Notes under the pieces: model-generated
Told to the model about the DNA's origin: nothing
The model's database searches: none
The model's input: only the letters and a program-made list of their open reading frames with translations
Assembly (NCBI GenBank): GCA_964057225.1
Contig: OZ059894.1
Coordinates: forward strand, 17,856,001-17,920,000
Length of the DNA stretch: 64,000 nucleotides
Direction of reading: 5' to 3'
DNA from: Auanema rhodensis
Taxonomy: Eukaryota > Animalia > Nematoda
Program-made: the position numbers and the translations under genes
Shown: one piece after another, positions 38,601 through 52,569 of the stretch
How positions within the stretch are numbered: position 1 is the stretch's first letter
Layout of the letters: each line of letters starts with the position of its first letter

Positions 38601-41600
38601 AGTCGCCGTCGCTGATGAGGATGATGATGATGATGTGACGAGGAGTTGGAGAATTGGAGAGAGAAAGAACGATAGAGCTAGATGGACGTTGGTTTGTAGG
38701 AGACGTAAGAAGTCGACAATTGATGAGAAGTGAGGGAGGATGAGGGTGTAAAAAACGAATATCGAACTATCCTTGCGAAAGAGTTCAAACTTTGAAAAGA
38801 GAATGTCTAAGCTTCATTCACATATGAAAGATGTAGATAACGATATATAAAGCTGTAAGAAGAATAGTACTGTATAGAAACTTTACAAATATATTTTAAA
38901 AAATAGAATTAAGAGAGACATTTGGTTTAATAAGTAGCATGATCTCAAAAGAAAATGAAAGAACAGATGCTGTTTGTGGGTCAGGATCTTGTGATGGGCA
39001 AGTGCTCTTCTTGCGCACACCAGATGTCTTTTACCATGTCACTCATATGAATTTCTAATTAATTTTTTGTTTTAAGAATGATATTGAAGAAAATAAGAAA
39101 TGATTTCCCGATTTGATCATTTTTCTTCATAAAGTTCAAGAGATTAGAGGAAATTGAATAACAGATGTATATAGCATAGTATACAAGGTTGAACGATGAA
39201 TATAGTTAGGTTTCTTACTCAATTTCTTTCAATTTTCAGATTTTTAATTAAGAAAATCGTGATGAGAATGTAGAAGACAAGCATGGAAAGTGGATAAGAA
39301 AGAAGATATAAATGATTAGAAGAACGTTTATCGTACAAACAACATGAGAATAGAGCTTAGATGACAGATATTATATTTGAAAGATTGGAGCTATGACACC
39401 AAGGTGGTGGTCAGCGAGCAGATAAAGCAAGACAATAGCAGCAGGGCAAATGATTTGCAAATGATGAAATTCAAAATGAAAATGAAAGAAGAAGAACAAT
39501 TGGGGCAGAATTAAAACTCTGAGAAGATATATACGATTTATAGAGCATATGACAAATAGTTTTAACTGAAAATTTAACAAAGAAAATGTGAGAATAAATC
39601 ATTTTGTACTTTACTAATAATAAAAAGATTTTTGGAGATTTTCTTAATAAAAACAGAAAAAAAATGATAAAGTAGGAAAAATGTTTGTGAGGTTAAGTGC
39701 AGATAGATAGAGTGGTGGAACCATTTTGTAATGTTATGTAAATATATTCAAAGGAATTATCGGTATGTTGGTTAAGCTAACAAGACAACATATATAAGAA
39801 GTAAAAGAATGAAGATAACAATGATTTTTACTGTAAAAATATTTGAAGAAAGAAAAAACCAATTGAGAATACTCATATAAGAAAAGTTCAAGAATTGTTA
39901 GAATTATCAACATAAAATAATAATAATTATTAAAATAAAAATATAAAAAATATATAATCCATATACTGAGAAAATAAGAGAAAAAAAAGGAAATGTTCAA
40001 ATATATAAATAAAGATAAAGACATTGAAAATCATAAGTTTGCCTCGGTTTAAAATAAAAAAACAAGTTTTCTTCAAATAATCTTGCATACGATAATTAGC
40101 TTAACTCGAGGACATATAGTTAATCAATTACATTGTTTGTCTCAGTAGTCTTTCATCCTTTTTTTTTTGGAAGAATAAAAAAAAAGTTGATGGATTAGTA
40201 TGAACTTACAATAAGAGTACAGGTAAACCGATTTTCACATAACGTTTGTGATGTTAAACATTTGGCCATCACCTATAATAATTTATAATATTATTAACTA
40301 TATGAATAATATATTCAAATATAAATAATTGAAGATTGAAAACAAAAAAGAAAAGAGATCAGATTGATAATAGAACATTGGGATTAAATTAATATCAGAA
40401 GAGAAGCTGTCAAAATGATTGGATAGATTGAAAGAGGAAAGTGAGAGAGGTGTGTTAAAGAAGAAAAAAGTCGGAGAGAAAAAACATAAAGATAAGAAGA
40501 AAGTTGATGGCCGCAGTTAACAACCACTTAACTGCTAATGAATTATATAAAAAAAAAGTTGCAAAGTCGGACATTTAAAAGCTTATTAGTTAAATTCTTT
40601 TAATACAAAAATAGTTCAACTTAAAGATCCGGTAAAGTGTGAGTAATTAAGGTTTTAGCTGATTGGAATCAATTGAAACCGGTTAGTTGCTGTAGAAGCT
40701 ACATGTACGAAGTATCTGACATCGTAACAGCGTAAGTAAGGAAGTCAAAGAAGACGATGAAGAAGAAAAAGATGACGAATAGGAAAGAAAAAACAGATTT
40801 CCGTGAAAATGAATTCAACAGACATGATGGAGAAATAGCTTTTCAATAAAAAAGTTATATAGTTAAGAGCCTTTATACAACAATTATGAATATTATGCCA
40901 AATTATAATATTTTTATATAAAAAAAAAGGATTATAAATATAAAAATTTAGGTTTAGTTTGTACAAATCAAAATAACATTAGAAATACATACGAATATGA
41001 AAGTATTGATAAACTTTTCATTATTCACCACTTTGAGCTGAATGCAACCGCTTTTCATTGAGTTACAGTTGAAAATGAAAGTTTGTTTTCAGATGTCAAT
41101 GATGAAACCATAATCAATATATCAAGATAACTAACAAGAATATGATATAAATTGCTTAATAACGTCATTTATATCAGAAATTGTAAATAAAAATATAAAA
41201 GTTGAGTAATATTTTCTTTTGATTTAATCTCATATCATAAACCAATTAAATGTTCTTTTTAAGATTATATGTCTTTCATCTTATACCACCCTTAACTATT
41301 TTAATTTTTTTTTTATTTTTATAGTTTTATTTTATTGAAAAACTATTTTCAACTCTTTTAAAATATAAAAACGTGTAAATATGATGAACGGATATAAATC
41401 TAGATAGATAACTATCTATCTTCTATCTATCTATCTATATATTATTTTATATAAACCTTTGTTTTTTAATCTCATACATGTATTATACATTATCAATTAA
41501 AATTATAAAAGAATAATAATTTTTTATTATTTCAAATAAAAAAAATTAATAAAAGATGTCTTCTCTTTCATAAAATAATATTCAATTTTAAATTTATATC

Positions 41601-42505
41601 AATAAATCTATAAATATATATATATATATATATATAGTATTATTATTGTTATAATATTATATTAATTATATAAATTATATTTTATATAGAATATATAGTA
41701 TATATAAACATAGATTCTATATATATTGGTTATAGTTTTTCTTGTATAGTTTTTAGAACTAGTTATATCATCAATCATGTAAATATATATTATATGAATG
41801 TATTAGTATGTTCCTAACTCGTATACATATACATACGATTAGATGATAAGATGATGTTTTTAAAGTATATTAAACATTTTATATTATTTGAATTATAATC
41901 TTTTATTTTATATTTTTATATTATAATTATTGAATTTTAACATATATATTATTAAAAATTCAAAAAGCTTTTAAATATTTATATAGATGTTAAGCTTCCT
42001 TATCAAACTTATTTCATACTGTAACTCTATTTTGATTATATGAATGTAATATAATTGTTTTCTTTTGATGTTTTAGTGAAAAGTTCGTTGAAAAATTTTA
42101 ATATTTGAATTTTAAAAATTTATTTGAGACTCGTTTTGTAATTTAACTGTTTGTTTGTTTTTTTTTTCCTACAACAAATTACAACAATTTTTCGGCGACA
42201 ATGAAAAGTTATAAGTGAATACAAAGTAAAAGATTTGTATAAGATAATACTCATCGTATCCTTAGATACGTATTAGCTTCAACAAATTTTTAAATTAAAT
42301 GAATTAGAGTCTGTAAGGATGATGTGTGTTATGAATGACTAGAATGTGACAGCTTTTCAACCGTCGCCGATGCTTGCCGAGTCATTACCGGCTCAGAATA
42401 ATTGAGATCTTATGCAAATTGATTCAATATAGTTGATTTTCCGGAGGTGGAAAAATTCCCTCATAAGATAGATATTGAGAGATGTAGATTTGACTAGAAT
42501 GTAGT

Positions 42506-43249
42506 TTAAGCAACGAGATGCATTGGACACATGAGTTTCTGAAAAAATAAAAGAATTAGTAAATTAGAAAAATGAAGTTTCATTTTTTATTTTGAAAAAA
42601 ACAAATTCTTTTCTGAGATTCTTTGTTAACTGTTTCAGCAAAAATGTATTCGCTGAATCAAGTCATTGGAATACAGAATTTGTAATTCGGTTTGATTTAG
42701 TATGTCGATTGAAAACAGTTTTCCATAGATATCGTCGCCAAAAAAGTCAGTATGATATGCAACTTCAGGTATCAGTTCGACGAATCACATGACACAATGA
42801 TTTCAACTTCATATTGATTCATGATGATACTTTGACTCATGATAAATGAAAATGAACAAACCTTAGCTTGAGATACATATTCAGATCCGTGATATGATTT
42901 TTGGTATTCTGGAACAACTCCAACAGCATATTTTTCCATAGCCAAGCGAGCTTTAACGGAATGTCCTACGCTTTCGAATGCATCAGTGGCATCAGAACCA
43001 GCCTAGAATTGTTGAAGTACAAAAAAATTCAAAGTAAAGTTTCGATTTGTTGTTTGAATATTGATGTGTGCTTTCAAAAAATTCCGGAAGCTGTTCTAAA
43101 CTTACATATTCGAGTAGGATTTCCATTCCACCCTGATGTTCCATGAGGAACTCAGTAATATCATAAACAATATTGCGGATAATAATCCAACAATCGTCTG
43201 GAGAATCATGAGAAGCAACTTCACATCTTTCAAAAGTATCGGTAAGCAT
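42506..43249 (-). CDS. Cytochrome b5 heme-binding protein, ~105 aa, no C-terminal TM anchor
   Basis: Exons 43249-43106, 43002-42862 and 42538-42506: EVASHDSPDDCWIIIRNIVYDITEFLMEHQGGMEILLEYAGSDATDAFESVGHSVKARLAMEKYAVG. Both axial His are present. A tttcag acceptor lies 2 nt before the ATG. Confidence 0.92.
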
Positions 43250-44394
43250 GCCTGAAAAAAGATTTTGATCAATAATCAGCTTGTCTTCATAAAGCATAAA
43301 TGAGAAGACGATGAAAAGGAATTTGCCAGAATTATGGAGTAAATGAAGACGATAGGGTGCGGCGTGGAATGATACATAACTAGGAATTCGATAAAAAAAT
43401 TATCGAATGATTGAAATCGTTTAAAGTTTCTTTTCGAGAAACAGGTGCGGATGCTTGTTCGCCTTGACAGTAACAGAAGCCCATGCTTGTTGTGTACTAA
43501 ACGTAGACATCGCCATAATACAGCTGATGCTGTACAAAAACGCGAAAAGAATTACCCATGTAGAAAGAACACAACTATATTCTGCTTTGTCACATGAGAC
43601 AAAAAGCTGAAATGACCAGCTGATCATTATGCTAGAGAGGTGGGTTTGACATCGAGTCAGTTTAGGACCAAAAGCCGGAAATGGGTTGTATGAAGTCAAG
43701 TGATAGCAAACGATAACGTTTCTTTAATAGTCGAAAGGTTATTGTGCTAACTGGAATTGTGCAAACAAAACATCGTTAAAAATCATCTTTTCACTGATGT
43801 TATTGCTTAAGCGGCTACTTTTCCAGACTTCCATTGTGGTTGGTGTGCCACCGTTCCGAGCCCACGAGAACCAGCTATTCAAAAATGCAGAAAGGCAGGG
43901 TTTTGCCCAATGCAAGTTGAAACGTCGTGCAACCTCTGGTAAAAAGAATGCTAGGAATTCATTAAATATATTAAAAATTAAAATTATTTGATTTCACAAA
44001 ATATATTGTTTCTTCTTTAGTTGTAATCACTCATTCAAATATCAATATCACAACTTTTAAGTTTTTTGATTTGACTTCCAAGTTTGAAATTAGGAACAAC
44101 TTGCCTATTAAACTTCAATTCCATTCTTTTATCCATATTTTGATTTTTTGAAAATGAGGAAAATATACCTCATACGGTAAATCTCTTTTGAAATTTAGAT
44201 GAGCATTAAGAAAAAAGACATACGATGGGTAGGAAAGGAAATTTAAATAAGAAATGAAGTTCATTAACTAATGAAGATGAAGATTATGTTTTCTGTTTCA
44301 CCAGAAGACAATTGATTCGGGGAGATTGTGTGTACGAGATGGGTGGTAACACGAGGGAAGGGCACGTTGCTGGTCCTTCAATCGCAAAGAATTC

Positions 44395-44403
44395 CTTTAT
44401 ATA
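44395..44403 (-). promoter_or_regulatory. Candidate TATA box (TATATAAAG) in a GC-richer patch, possible promoter of the cytochrome b5 outron
   Basis: The minus strand reads cccctatataaagg within an unusually GC-rich patch about 1.15 kb upstream of the cytochrome b5 trans-splice acceptor. Confidence 0.35.
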
Positions 44404-45881
44404 GGGGTGTCTCCCTGGGAGGAGGAATACTTAGAGAAGCCGTCAAACATAGATTCTCGTACATCGTCAAAGTACTGGAGACAACAGACTGCTAGACATT
44501 TCAACGACACGTCGTTGGTGCACCCAAAAGGAAGATGTCATCGTGTCTTAGACGATAATTACATTGTTCAAGATTGAATATATGATAACGGTTTGTCAGA
44601 TGATTACTTGTTAGACTGAAATTCTACTTATTTCGTATGAATTTAAGCGGATTACCTGAGGTTAGGTATCCGCAATGCTTTATTCACGTGAAAACAATTA
44701 AGGCTGCGTTGACAGGCATATGATGGATGGAGAGAGTCGAAGACATCGACAGACCATGCTACCTTTCTGTGCAAAGTTCAGCCAGTGACTGAAGGAAAAA
44801 CACCCAGTCTGAAAGTTTTTGGAAAGGTCTTTTTCAACTTTTTCTACACTTTGCATGTGTCTGCCTGATTTCACATGAGATTCGTCTCGATGTCATATCG
44901 AGATTGAATGCCATGTTCTTAATATGTTTATGAGCTAATATATGTGTACTACTTGTACATCTTATGATATACTTGCCGTGGACATTCAGAAACTAAGAAA
45001 TTGCTAGCAAATAGTTCAAACAAGAGTTGTTAGCTGTGCGAATTTTGTGATAAATTGAAAAAAATCAAAGAACAACTCTGTTAAAACAAAAAAAATAGGC
45101 AGGTCTGCACACCGAAGGGCTATCCCCATGGGGGCAAAGTTTTTTTCAATTGGAAATTCAACAACAGCATTCGATCCGGTTAATCAAATTTTGAAGAAAT
45201 TTTTAATTTCATGAACATAGTAAACAAAGATCGAAAATCATTAAAGTTTCATTGTATCCTGTATGAAGGATTCCCCCGTCACCATTTGTCGTCATCACAT
45301 CGTTTGCAGCAGTAGTTGCAGCATTTGTGTTAGGCATCGGATTCCACGAATCATTTGGTACGACTGATTACAAACTGTACTGTCATCATGCATATCAATG
45401 AGTTTTTTTGACTTGAAATCAATCAAATTGCGTTATCATATACCTACTCTCGTATATTGGAAACAGACTTTTTCTTACTTAATTTTTAAGAATCCTGAAA
45501 AGAAAAAGCAAAATAATACAACAGAAAAGTATATTTCAAAGACATTTTGATCATATTTTTCATGTATATAGTCTAGTTGTTACTGCATATATCATATAAT
45601 GGTCAATATTATAAGATTCTTATAAGAAGATATCTAGTAAAATCTATTATCGCTGATGGGGTCAGACACTACCGTATATCATAGATGTTGCTTCTCTATA
45701 TCAATTGATGCAGTTCCTGTCTTTTATGTACGTCTGCTGTTTTTTTTGCAAATTTATAAAAGAGCGCAGATATAAAAAAATAATTTTTTTATTACATTTT
45801 ACAAAAAAAAAATATTTATAACATACATGAGACTTATTTGTTTATAAAATAATCATTGATTGACAACTACATACAATTCCC

Positions 45882-45922
<41 letters not shown>

Positions 45923-46406
45923 ATAAATTATATAATTCACGTGATTTACTATTTCCTTTTTTTTCATTTATCTAATAACATTATTTGGATGAATTTTGGA
46001 AAAATAAAGATAAAGAGAGAATCTTGAAGAATTATCTCTCATGTTTTACTTATTTTTCTTTTGTCTGTGTAGTGGATATGATAACAAACTCTATGTTTCT
46101 TGAACGAGATCTATTTTTTCTCGACTATACTTAATCTGACCTCTCCAATTTTATTTAAAAATTTGTTTATAGTGTCATTGGGAAGTACAATGACAAATTT
46201 CTAAAGTTAATTTTCAACTTTTGAATCAAAATTTAAAAATACTATTACTTTGGAATGATGTACGATGAACCATAATGGTATAAAGAAATTTCAACTTTTA
46301 AGAACAATTACAATAGAAGAAAGTTGTAATTTCAAGTCTTTCAATCATACCAATGACTTCCTTAAGTTTTTCCCTTTCATTTGATTCTGTTAAAGTTTCA
46401 ACCTAT

Positions 46407-46460
46407 CAGACAACATTCTGACACCATTCAGATACCATTCAGACACTATTCAGAAGCATT
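46407..46460 (+). repeat. 11-bp minisatellite x5, consensus CAGACACCATT
   Basis: cagacaacatt ctgacaccatt cagataccatt cagacactatt cagaagcatt. Confidence 0.85.
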
Positions 46461-49400
46461 GTCGTCTTTTGTTCCTTAGCTAGTTAGATGTCATACCAAA
46501 GCCGTTCACATGAACTAGCAGAACGTCCTCGTGTGCTACTTGAACCCAAGAAAATACTTGGATCTGACGCACCTTCAAAAGAAAAGAAAGAAAATGATAC
46601 CATAATGGAAAAGTATGCTTGTCTCGATGCCACGTGATAATTGTAAGTGCTTTATCATCATCATCATCATCATCATCCAACTACGTAATCACCATCCTAC
46701 GTCAGCTTGTCTGATTTCTTTCGTTTCCTTTTCTTTATGTTTCTTCTTCCTCTTCGACTTTATCTATCATTGTTCATTCTGTCGGGATACTACGACTTCA
46801 AAACTTTTCATTGTCGGCTCCTTGATTCTCCTTAGTCGGTTTCTAAAAAATCTTTGATGTCAAATATCTATCAAGCAATGTCCACTCTTCTCTCATTTCT
46901 TTTCTAACAGATCTTTTCAGAATTTAATGAACAATCATTCTCTGTCATGTCAACTGAAATTTTTATAAAAATTAAAAAAAGAAAAAAAGTTTAATGAAAT
47001 CCAATGAATCAAAGCTCATCCCATATATACTATGTATATTCAATTAATAATACAAACATATTAAATAAATAAAATAAAAAGTTAACAGAAATATAATATT
47101 CAACTATATGAACTATGAATTGAATAAAAATATTGAACGGAACTATATTATCATCTGACTATTTGCAACTTTAAAATACACACAATGATAATGATTTTGC
47201 AAATAAAATCTTTTTTTGTCACATTATATACTTAACTATGTAATATCTTTTACTAGAGCGCATACTCAAGCAGCCTTAAGACATTTCACATGAAGAGAAA
47301 AGATATTTTTGAATTTTAGACACGTGATTACATCATTCATCACTTGCACATAACAATTTCATATTTTTTTATTATTATTTAAAATATTTGAACTTTTGAA
47401 TTCACAAGCTATGACAAGTTTGGCTTAATAGGGTCACAAGGATTACAAATCTAAAATTAGAAAATGATTAAGATTCAAGACAAGTAAGACATAATATTTG
47501 CTTTTTGAGCATAGATGAGCTAATTTCGCTTTGCTATTTTCTCAGAATTTAATGCAAGAAGCAAGGAATTGGATTAACGTTGTTGGATATTTTTGAGTTA
47601 CATCTTCTTCTTTTTTCATCTGAATATAGGTCATGTATTGAATATTTTTATATATTAATACATATACGTATATTAAAATATTATAATTATATATATGTTT
47701 TTGTTATAAATTATTTTATAAGCTTTATAAAAAGGACTACTTCTTTTATGAGAATACGATGAATATACCCTATTACTTTATGGATTCTCAAAAACCTATA
47801 GCTTTGCCAATTTTTCCAGCCGTGAACTGTTTCGATTTTTTTTCTTATATAGTATTTCCTCTTATTCTATCAGTTTTCTCTCGTTTTCCCACACTTCTTT
47901 TTCTCCAATTCTTATAGAGAATGATAGCGATTTTCTTCGGCTGCTATATCATTCTTTCAACAATTTTGTTTTCTAACGATTCAAAAGTGGAATTATTTCT
48001 AAATTTTTTTTTGAAGAAAATACCTTAAATGAAATAAATAAATTGCCAAAATGATATAATATACGTTTATTATTATAAAAACATTGAGAAATGTGAGAAT
48101 GAGTTTCTTTAAAAGAGATAAAATTTAATTTTTCATTGTAAATTCTAATATTTTTTTATAATAAATAGGTTTGTTAATTGAAAAACAAAAGAAAATCTAT
48201 TTGATCTTCATTCCACATAATTCAAACTATCAACTATCTTTTGATAATCATCTGAACGAATTATATATTTTCATATATTCATTCATAGGCAAATGTTTAT
48301 ATCGGATTGTGTGAGAGATGAGAAAGGCAGCAGAAACAGAGTAGAAATATGAAGAAGACTTGGGTCTTGGAAGAAAAGGATTTTGGGAAATTCCACTTCA
48401 CACAAGTCTTGTCTATCAACCTGGTTCTTAGACTATCGTATCTTCCAACTATGTGAAGATGGAATGTTGTCTCGTTGTGCTGGAAGAAATTGTTTAGAAA
48501 GAGAGAAGAAGATGAAGAAGACATATACATTTAAGTCGATAAAAATATATTTACTATTGCTTCAATGAGATATAATCATATGATTACCACGTGTCTTTTC
48601 TTTTTCGTTTAAAGATACATTTATTTCTTCCCTTAGGGTTAAATGATACAGATGAAGAACACGTGGAAAGCATACTGTTCCTTTTTAAGAGAACAGGTGG
48701 AATTCCTAAAGACTAGCATATGAGAAGATACCGAGAGAGGGAGAGAAAGAAAGAGAGAGAGAGATGAAGATGAGAAAGAGAGAGAGAGAGAAAGAGAGAG
48801 AGAAAAATGAAAAAGACATTCAGGTGCATCTTCTAAGCATTAAAGAGAATTGTTTGATATTTCAAAAAAAAGTGATTTTACATCTTTTGCTTTCATTTGA
48901 CAACTATGTATACGTAAAAGATATAAAACAATTTTTTTCTTAAACAGATTCTTTATGTGATCTGTTTCCTTTTTTCGATATAATGATACATACGTCAACT
49001 TTGATGTTGATGATACTATTACATAGGAAGGCTTACTGCGGTTGACGCCCATTTTCGTATAAACTTCAAAATATCTTATAGTAAAAGAAATGACTAGTTT
49101 ATATAATTTATATTTTATAATAGTTTCCTTTACACAATTTTCTATAAAACATTTGAAAAAAAAAGTTCAATTGTGGTCAATCTTAATTGATAATACTGTA
49201 GGATATCGTAATCATGGCTGTTCACAAAGTGATCGTTTTGTTGTAGAGGATTCGCTTAATAGGATGAAACGACAAATTATCTTAAAAACAATTGGAACCT
49301 AGATATGAAATTACCAGATCTCCTTCTTTATTTTCTTCAAACTATTCATGTAACTTTTCAAATTTAGTTTAATAGTAAAAAGAAAATAAAACGTTGACCA

Positions 49401-51263
49401 TATTTCTGCACATTATGAATCGAACTGGATAATTTCCTTTGTTTTTATGTGATTACATGATTAGAATTAATAATATAAACAATGAAAAGATGGTGATGAC
49501 TGTAAGAAGAATAAGAAGAAAGAGAAGATCGACGTCCTTCAGTAGAACACGTGCAAACTTCAGATGATCAGAACGCGTTTTTATTGGTGGATTGAAAGAC
49601 AAATCGATCTGCCTTGAAGGGATTTTCGTGATTTTACTTTAAAAAGTCAATTTATCAGCTTTTCATTTTAAAAATTCTCTTCCTAGTCTGCCAAGCCATG
49701 TTTTCATCTACCATTCCCAACAACGTAATTTATCAAAATGAAAGGGAACAAGCTTGTTCGAAACATAAGACTTCAGTGGTATAGAACCTAAGCTTTCCCT
49801 TTAAACAAAGCAACAAAATGTATTTTTTAAATTTTTTTCTTCGCAAAAACGGCTAAAAAATAATTTCGAAGAAGCAATTAGTTTATTTTCTTCATTTGTT
49901 GGGTGCAAATTGTGGTCGACCACTGAGAAATACGATTTAACCCAAACAGACAAGGGATGGTGCTTGTCCTTCGTTCTCTGCCTGTATCTCGTCTGAGATA
50001 AACACGATATACGCACGTGATTACATTCATGTTTTTGTTCTTCTGGGAAAAAAATAAAAAAAAATTTGCCATTTCAGTCATTTTTTTAACTTTTTTTTCT
50101 TCTAATCTTCTAAGGTTATTGAACTAATTTAATAAGTAAAATAATATTTTGTAATATGTACATCCGGAATATTAAAGGTGCGAATAGGTTCTAATGATAT
50201 TTCATGTTACATTGATAAAATAAATTATTAATTTGATAAGATTACCATTTGGGCTAATATGGAATGTGATTTCTGACCCAGTGAAAGTACAAAAAAAAGC
50301 GAAAGTAACACTACTGATAGTTCACTGTGATCATTTATAATTTTTTTTTGTTTGATAATTCAAAAATTATTTTCAAGTTAAATACAAAACAAATAAATTT
50401 TTTAAAAAAATCTTTGGAGTATTTCATAAATGTTCATTATCATTGTGTTCATTTATTTATATATAAATCTTATAGCCAATGAATTATTATTTTCTGAAAA
50501 GCTAAATAGCTTCGTTACTTTCATTATAAGATTTGATTTGAGTCAGATTTGCGTACAATTCGGAGAAAGGAAATTTAAGGTTGAGAGAAAAGATTTTTCT
50601 GAGAATTTTTTGGGTGCAAAGCACTTATACTGACCAGCTTGGTCTGAAGCAGCTTCTTTTGCAAATGACCATGAGAACTGTCTTATCTTGATGATTGATG
50701 ATCATTTGCACGTTCATCTAACGATAACTGAAAGCTTCGTTCTAATCGATCTTATTGTTCTAGATAACTTCTTGATATATATTAATTCTAAAACATTTTT
50801 TTTCTTCAACAACCAACATCGGCTCAAAAATGGTTAAGTAGTTTGCAACTATTCTGAAATTCAAATGAAATTACGGGCTAACGAATGAAATATTTGAATT
50901 AAGTTTAAGCTGCTCTCTACGTTCAGAATATTAATCATTACTTCATCTAGCAATTATTTCATTTTTTTCTTCAAGTTTGTTATAAATAATAATATATAAT
51001 TTAAGTTTTAGTTTTAATTTAATTGATTTATGATATGACTGTTAAAGTATTTGAAATTCGGACAAGCATCCGTCAGTGTCTGGCAATCGAAGAATAAAGT
51101 TTGAAGTTGGTCAACGAAAAAGAGATTAAATTGATTTGATACACAGACATATAAGATCTGAAATGACTGTTGCAAAAAAAAAAAAAAAGTTGTTTCAGAG
51201 TCTTAGACATTCATCTGTGTAGAAGAGTATATACATACGTTTCAGTCAAAAACTGTATCTTTA

Positions 51264-51303
51264 AAGAAGAAGAAGAAGAAGAAGAAGAAGAAGAAGAAGA
51301 AAG
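51264..51303 (+). repeat. (AAG)n microsatellite
   Basis: Direct run of aagaagaag... Confidence 0.95.
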
Positions 51304-52569
51304 ATAAATATAATTTTTTTTAGTTATTTCATTAAACAAAAATTCATCTTTTCAGTCGAATTATTACTTTTCCATTTAGAAAATTATAGAAATAATTAAT
51401 ATGGAAAATTCAAAAAAGTAGAAAAGATGAGAATATATCATTAAAATAAGAGAGAGGAACAAGAAAATGCTGTCAAAGATCGCCTAAGCTTAAGCTTCTG
51501 TCCCCGCCCTCCTTTGAAGGTGCATTTCAAAGAGCTCAGTAAGCCGAAGACTTAATTTTACGACGTCGAGCACGTCTGTTTAAATTCTCTCATTCATCTG
51601 AATATTTCTTATGTTTCAATATTGAGATGTTGAAATCTCATATAAAACTAGGAATGTTGTGTGTGCTTCATTTCAATTTGAATTTTCCATTAATGAGATC
51701 AAACGATCATTTTATTTTTACTTCTTTCGATGAACGCTTGTATTCTTAAGTATAGCCAGACTTCAAAATTTTGAAATCTTTTGTGTTTATTTTGCTTTAA
51801 AAACGTGTTTTGAGCATTTTTTTAAACACAAAAAGCATATAAACGCTTTTATTTTATGAGTATATATAAAGTTGACCAGTATATTAAAATAGATTGAAAA
51901 AGAAAACTTTTAAAGTTAGTTTTTCTCCTTTTTTTTTCAAATTTTATATTAAAGAAATATTTTTTAAAGAAATTATCATGTTCTATGAATAAATATAATT
52001 CAAAAGATAACTTTTATTAAATCTATTTCATGGCCAATTTACACAGTTTATTAAAGTTCCATTTTAGTTTTTATCACTTTTTTCCGTAAAAAATAAAAAT
52101 AAAATTCTTGCTGATAATTTGCAAGTATTCATACATACATATATGTAGTAATTTACATTGTTTTTCTCATTTTTTTCTATAAAAATTAATAAAAATGATT
52201 GTTTTTAATTTTTAAAATATACAAGAATAGAATATATAATATTAAAAAAAAATATATTGTTTAATTTGTATATGATTCTACTAAAGAAGCTAAAAGTATA
52301 ACAAATACAAAATAATAATAATAATATCAAAAGAAAACAGAATTTAATGAGATAAAGTTGTGGATATCATGTTGTTTTCTACCAATTATGCCATATGTAA
52401 ATCATTTTCGAGGAATATAATATGATCCGTTTTCAATTATTCTTTCGTTGTTATACGCTTTATTCAAGTCTTATTCAGTTTTCAATTGAGAAGAATACAG
52501 AAGATATTTCTCAATTCTTATTCATTTTCTTTAAAATAATTTAAATTTCAACTTTTTTTTCTTTCAGTC

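Noticed and set aside
51482-51497. GCCTAAGCTTAAGCTT degenerate telomeric (TTAGGC) repeat, possible DNA-elimination break site
   Set aside because: It has only one exact unit and cannot be distinguished from chance.
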